Below are positions 63,778 to 64,000 of a stretch of DNA of 64,000 bases, piece after piece. Source of the stretch: Eledone cirrhosa (taxonomy: Eukaryota); the NCBI GenBank assembly GCA_964016885.1, contig OZ024743.1, positions 330,522,001-330,586,000 on the forward strand. Direction: 5' to 3'. Below the pieces are notes generated by a model that saw nothing but the letters and a program-made list of their open reading frames with translations, ran no database searches and was not told where the DNA came from. The first letter of the stretch is position 1. Each line of letters begins with the position of its first letter. Both the position numbers and the translations under genes were made by a program.

Positions 63778-64000
63778 AAAAACGTCTCGATCAGAGACAA
63801 CAATATTTATGCATAGAACACATTAAATAATATAATCCGGAGTACAATAAGCTTAAATAAAATGGATAGAATGGCAATAAGTTGAAATAACAAAAGTTAC
63901 AAGATACTAATTCAAGAAAGCGAGAGTTCCGTGGAGAAGAAGATGACTTGTCGACTGTAGACCCTGTTTGGTGAATCTACAAATAAAATAACTCTCAATC

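Overview
Repeat-dense, AT-rich eukaryotic DNA with no recognisable host gene. The tRNA-derived SINEs resemble those I associate with octopus/cephalopod genomes (inference, not verified). About half of the window is eight copies (E1-E8) of L1/Tx1-type non-LTR retrotransposons from several diverged subfamilies. ORF1 carries a CCHC knuckle; ORF2 is APE endonuclease + RT + C-terminal zinc finger. The copies have no poly(A) tail, sit in (TATC)n or (TAT)n microsatellites and form head-to-tail arrays (E3>E2, E5>E4, E8>E7>E6). Across diverged copies there is a conserved RNA-processing architecture: a 60-68 nt 5'UTR mini-intron, a strong splice donor at the end of ORF1, an acceptor-like site at the ORF2 stop codon (so ORF2 may be an intron), and covarying 3'UTR stem-loops. 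Separately, at least two families of non-coding tandem or inverted repeats carry minimal type I hammerhead ribozymes (Penelope/retrozyme type); one block is bounded by a 12-bp target-site duplication. The rest is giant (TA)n-derived arrays, SINEs, RTE-like and Helitron-like fragments and a MITE-like foldback. All calls were made by eye; element boundaries are approximate.
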